A stretch of 64,000 bases of DNA, taken from the IMG/VR virus record IMGVR_UViG_3300037475_000199, positions 1 through 64,000 of that record; one strand, written 5' to 3'. The first letter of the stretch is position 1, and every line of letters starts with the position of its first letter. The DNA is from a virus. Below are positions 62,348-64,000 of the stretch, one piece after another. The translations under genes were made by a program, and so were the position numbers. The notes under the pieces were generated by a model. That model saw only the letters and a list, made by a program, of their open reading frames with translations, ran no database searches and was not told where the DNA came from.

Positions 62348-63013
62348 ATGAAAATAATAGTTGTAAGTGATACTCACGGCAAACATAAAAATTTAGATAG
62401 TTCAAAATTAGAATGTGATACTTTTATCCATGCTGGTGATATTACTACACAGGGAGAATTAAGTACATTACTTGATTTTTCTTTTTGGTTAAAAGATATT
62501 CCGGCAAATAATAAAATAGTAATTTTTGGTAATCATGAAATTGGATTTCAAAATGGACCTAAGCGTCAAAAAGCAATAGAAATGATTAAAGAAACAGGCG
62601 CATATTATTTAGAAAATAATTCAATAATAATTGATGGAATAAAATTTTATGGATCTCCAGCTACTCCATATTTTTTTGGTTGGGAATGGAATTATCAAAG
62701 AGGAGAGGAAATTGGAAAGCAATGGTCTCAAATTCCAGATGATGTTAATGTTCTTATTACTCATGGTCCTCCATATGGAATTTTAGATCTTGTTGAAGAT
62801 ACAGCATCTAATGCTGGAAGAGATTTACATCAAGGTTGTGCAGATTTACGAAAAAGAATTTCATCTTTAACACAATTAAAAGCACATGTCTTTGGTCATT
62901 TACATTTGAACGGTGGACAAATGGTAAAAATTGCTGATACAGTCTTTGCTAATGGTGCTATTTGTACTGAAAGATATGCTCCAACTAACTTATCTGTGGT
63001 ATTTGAAATATGA
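62348..63013 (+). CDS. calcineurin-like metallophosphoesterase (second tandem copy)
   Basis: VVSDTHGKH, AGDIT and GNHE are MPE motifs. Start set at MKIIVVSD. Confidence 0.55.
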   Translation: MKIIVVSDTHGKHKNLDSSKLECDTFIHAGDITTQGELSTLLDFSFWLKDIPANNKIVIFGNHEIGFQNGPKRQKAIEMIKETGAYYLENNSIIIDGIKFYGSPATPYFFGWEWNYQRGEEIGKQWSQIPDDVNVLITHGPPYGILDLVEDTASNAGRDLHQGCADLRKRISSLTQLKAHVFGHLHLNGGQMVKIADTVFANGAICTERYAPTNLSVVFEI

Positions 63014-63279
63014 AGGTTAAGCCTAAAGAAGTTATGATAAACGTTCCGGTAGTTCTAATGTTTGGTGATTACCATGAAATACCTCATTTTGCCTCTAATA
63101 TTAATGAAATAATTCATGGTAAAGTTAAATTGAAGTATGAAGAACTGGGATGTTTGTGTGGACAATATGTTGGGCTTTTCTATTTCATTAGAAACAATGA
63201 GTTTCATGAGTTAAGACAAGAATTTAAATCTGCAATTGAACAAGAAGAAATAGATAATTATAATCTTATTAAAAATTAA
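63010..63279 (+). CDS. small hypothetical protein
   Basis: ATGA overlap. Confidence 0.35.
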   Translation: MKVKPKEVMINVPVVLMFGDYHEIPHFASNINEIIHGKVKLKYEELGCLCGQYVGLFYFIRNNEFHELRQEFKSAIEQEEIDNYNLIKN

Positions 63280-63873
63280 ATGAAAAAATCTATAATTAAA
63301 AAATCAGATGAATTAAATGTTTTATTAGATAAAGTTTATGATAAATATGCAGAAGATGGACAGGCACTAAAATTTAAAAATTTTGCAAAAAAAATATCTG
63401 ATGTTTATTTTGAAAATGATTATTTGGGAGTTTTAGAATATGCTAATTGTGGTTCAAAAATAACACAAACGGCTTTAACAGCTAACAAACCCGTCTATCA
63501 TGTTTTATGTAGTCGTTGGCATATTACTTTATTTATCATTAATACTAAATCAGCTATCAAAAAGATTTTAAATGATGAACTTGTTAAGTATAATAATTCA
63601 TCTCAAATAAAAAATATACTAAGTAGTATAAATAGTTTAGATGCATCAATCTTAGCTTTTATTGCTTTGTCTCCAAAGCCAATAAAAGATATTAGTATTT
63701 TAAATTTTTTATCAAAAGATACTGTATTACTTGGAAAATGTTTAATGAAAATTAAAGGAAACTATCCAGCAAAAATTAAAAATTCAGCCAAAGTATATTC
63801 TGAATGGGCTATTTACAAAAATAAATTAACTCCAAAAAGAAATTCTTTAATCTTAACAAAGATTGTAAAATGA
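63280..63873 (+). CDS. hypothetical protein
   Basis: ORF only. Confidence 0.4.
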   Translation: MKKSIIKKSDELNVLLDKVYDKYAEDGQALKFKNFAKKISDVYFENDYLGVLEYANCGSKITQTALTANKPVYHVLCSRWHITLFIINTKSAIKKILNDELVKYNNSSQIKNILSSINSLDASILAFIALSPKPIKDISILNFLSKDTVLLGKCLMKIKGNYPAKIKNSAKVYSEWAIYKNKLTPKRNSLILTKIVK

Positions 63874-64000
63874 TAGTTAGTTTCAGTGGTCATCGCCCCA
63901 ATAAATTAGGCGGATGGATTCTTCCTAATCCAACTTATAATCATATTTGTAAAGAAATTCAAAGAATATTGCTAGAATTAAATCCAACCAAAGTTATTTC
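63870..64000 (+). CDS. partial ORF (5' end; ...SFSGHRPNKLGG...), truncated by the window end
   Basis: ATGA overlap at 63870. The sequence continues past the window. Confidence 0.3.
   Translation, partial: MIVSFSGHRPNKLGGWILPNPTYNHICKEIQRILLELNPTKVI

Noticed and set aside
1-64000. Possibility that this is a giant eukaryotic virus or organelle, given the PARP, PTH2, Thg1, A34-type anticodons and A1:U72 tRNA-Met.
   Set aside because: The expression signals are bacterial: TTGACA/TATAAT promoters, GC-hairpin plus T-run terminators, AGGAG Shine-Dalgarno sequences and ATGA coupling. The Ala tRNA has G3:U70 and the Gln tRNAs have U1:A72 as in bacteria. The homing endonucleases and NadV/NatV are phage-typical. 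The eukaryote-like genes are better read as horizontally acquired.
63870-64000. Partial ORF beginning MIVSFSGHRPNKLGG considered as a SLOG/YpsA- or DprA-like nucleotide-binding protein.
   Set aside because: Only about 43 residues are visible. The GHR-containing stretch is suggestive but too short for any confident family call.

Overview
This is an AT-rich (roughly 30% GC) window, densely packed, and almost entirely co-directional on the + strand. It has many ATGA stop/start overlaps, Shine-Dalgarno sequences, sigma70-like TTGACA-N16/17-TAtaaT promoters and intrinsic terminators. That architecture fits the accessory or 'hyperplastic' region of a large tailed phage (T4-like or jumbo-like), not a cellular chromosome or a eukaryotic virus.

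What the window contains:
- About 22 tRNA or tRNA-like genes in six clusters. Several are aberrant duplicates that sit next to canonical copies.
- At least seven HNH/EndoVII/Vsr-type homing endonuclease genes. Three of the four minus-strand genes are of this kind.
- A 17-member family of small proteins that share a C-terminal '...L-K-[LI]-[KR]-[AT]-F-[WILF]' tail. Four members are MORN-repeat proteins.

Two functional themes stand out.

First, an NAD+/ADP-ribose toolkit:
- NadV (NAMPT) plus a NatV NMNAT-Nudix enzyme, which is a salvage or 'NAD reconstitution' pathway.
- An NAD-dependent DNA ligase.
- A WGR-PARP-like ADP-ribosyltransferase whose catalytic Glu is replaced by Asp. It is translationally coupled to a B12-binding radical-SAM enzyme.
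- A macrodomain, two NADAR domains and a DraG-like ADP-ribosylglycohydrolase.

Second, a translation and tRNA-maintenance set: EF-Ts, GroES, a PTH2-type peptidyl-tRNA hydrolase, a Thg1-like tRNA 5'-guanylyltransferase, a KxDG RNA-ligase-like protein, a mini class-II aaRS-like core, an RlmN-like radical-SAM methyltransferase, a P-loop kinase and two calcineurin-type phosphoesterases.

Other genes recognised: SPFH/prohibitin, CYTH, RelA/SpoT-type HD alarmone hydrolase, MazG-like, HslV-like Ntn hydrolase, AlkB, Dam, RNase HII, PyrF-like, a UvrD-like helicase, a CrtZ-like membrane hydroxylase, small lipoproteins, and a likely frameshifted HNH pseudogene.

All calls come from motif-level reading of the supplied translations and sequence. 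No database search was run.
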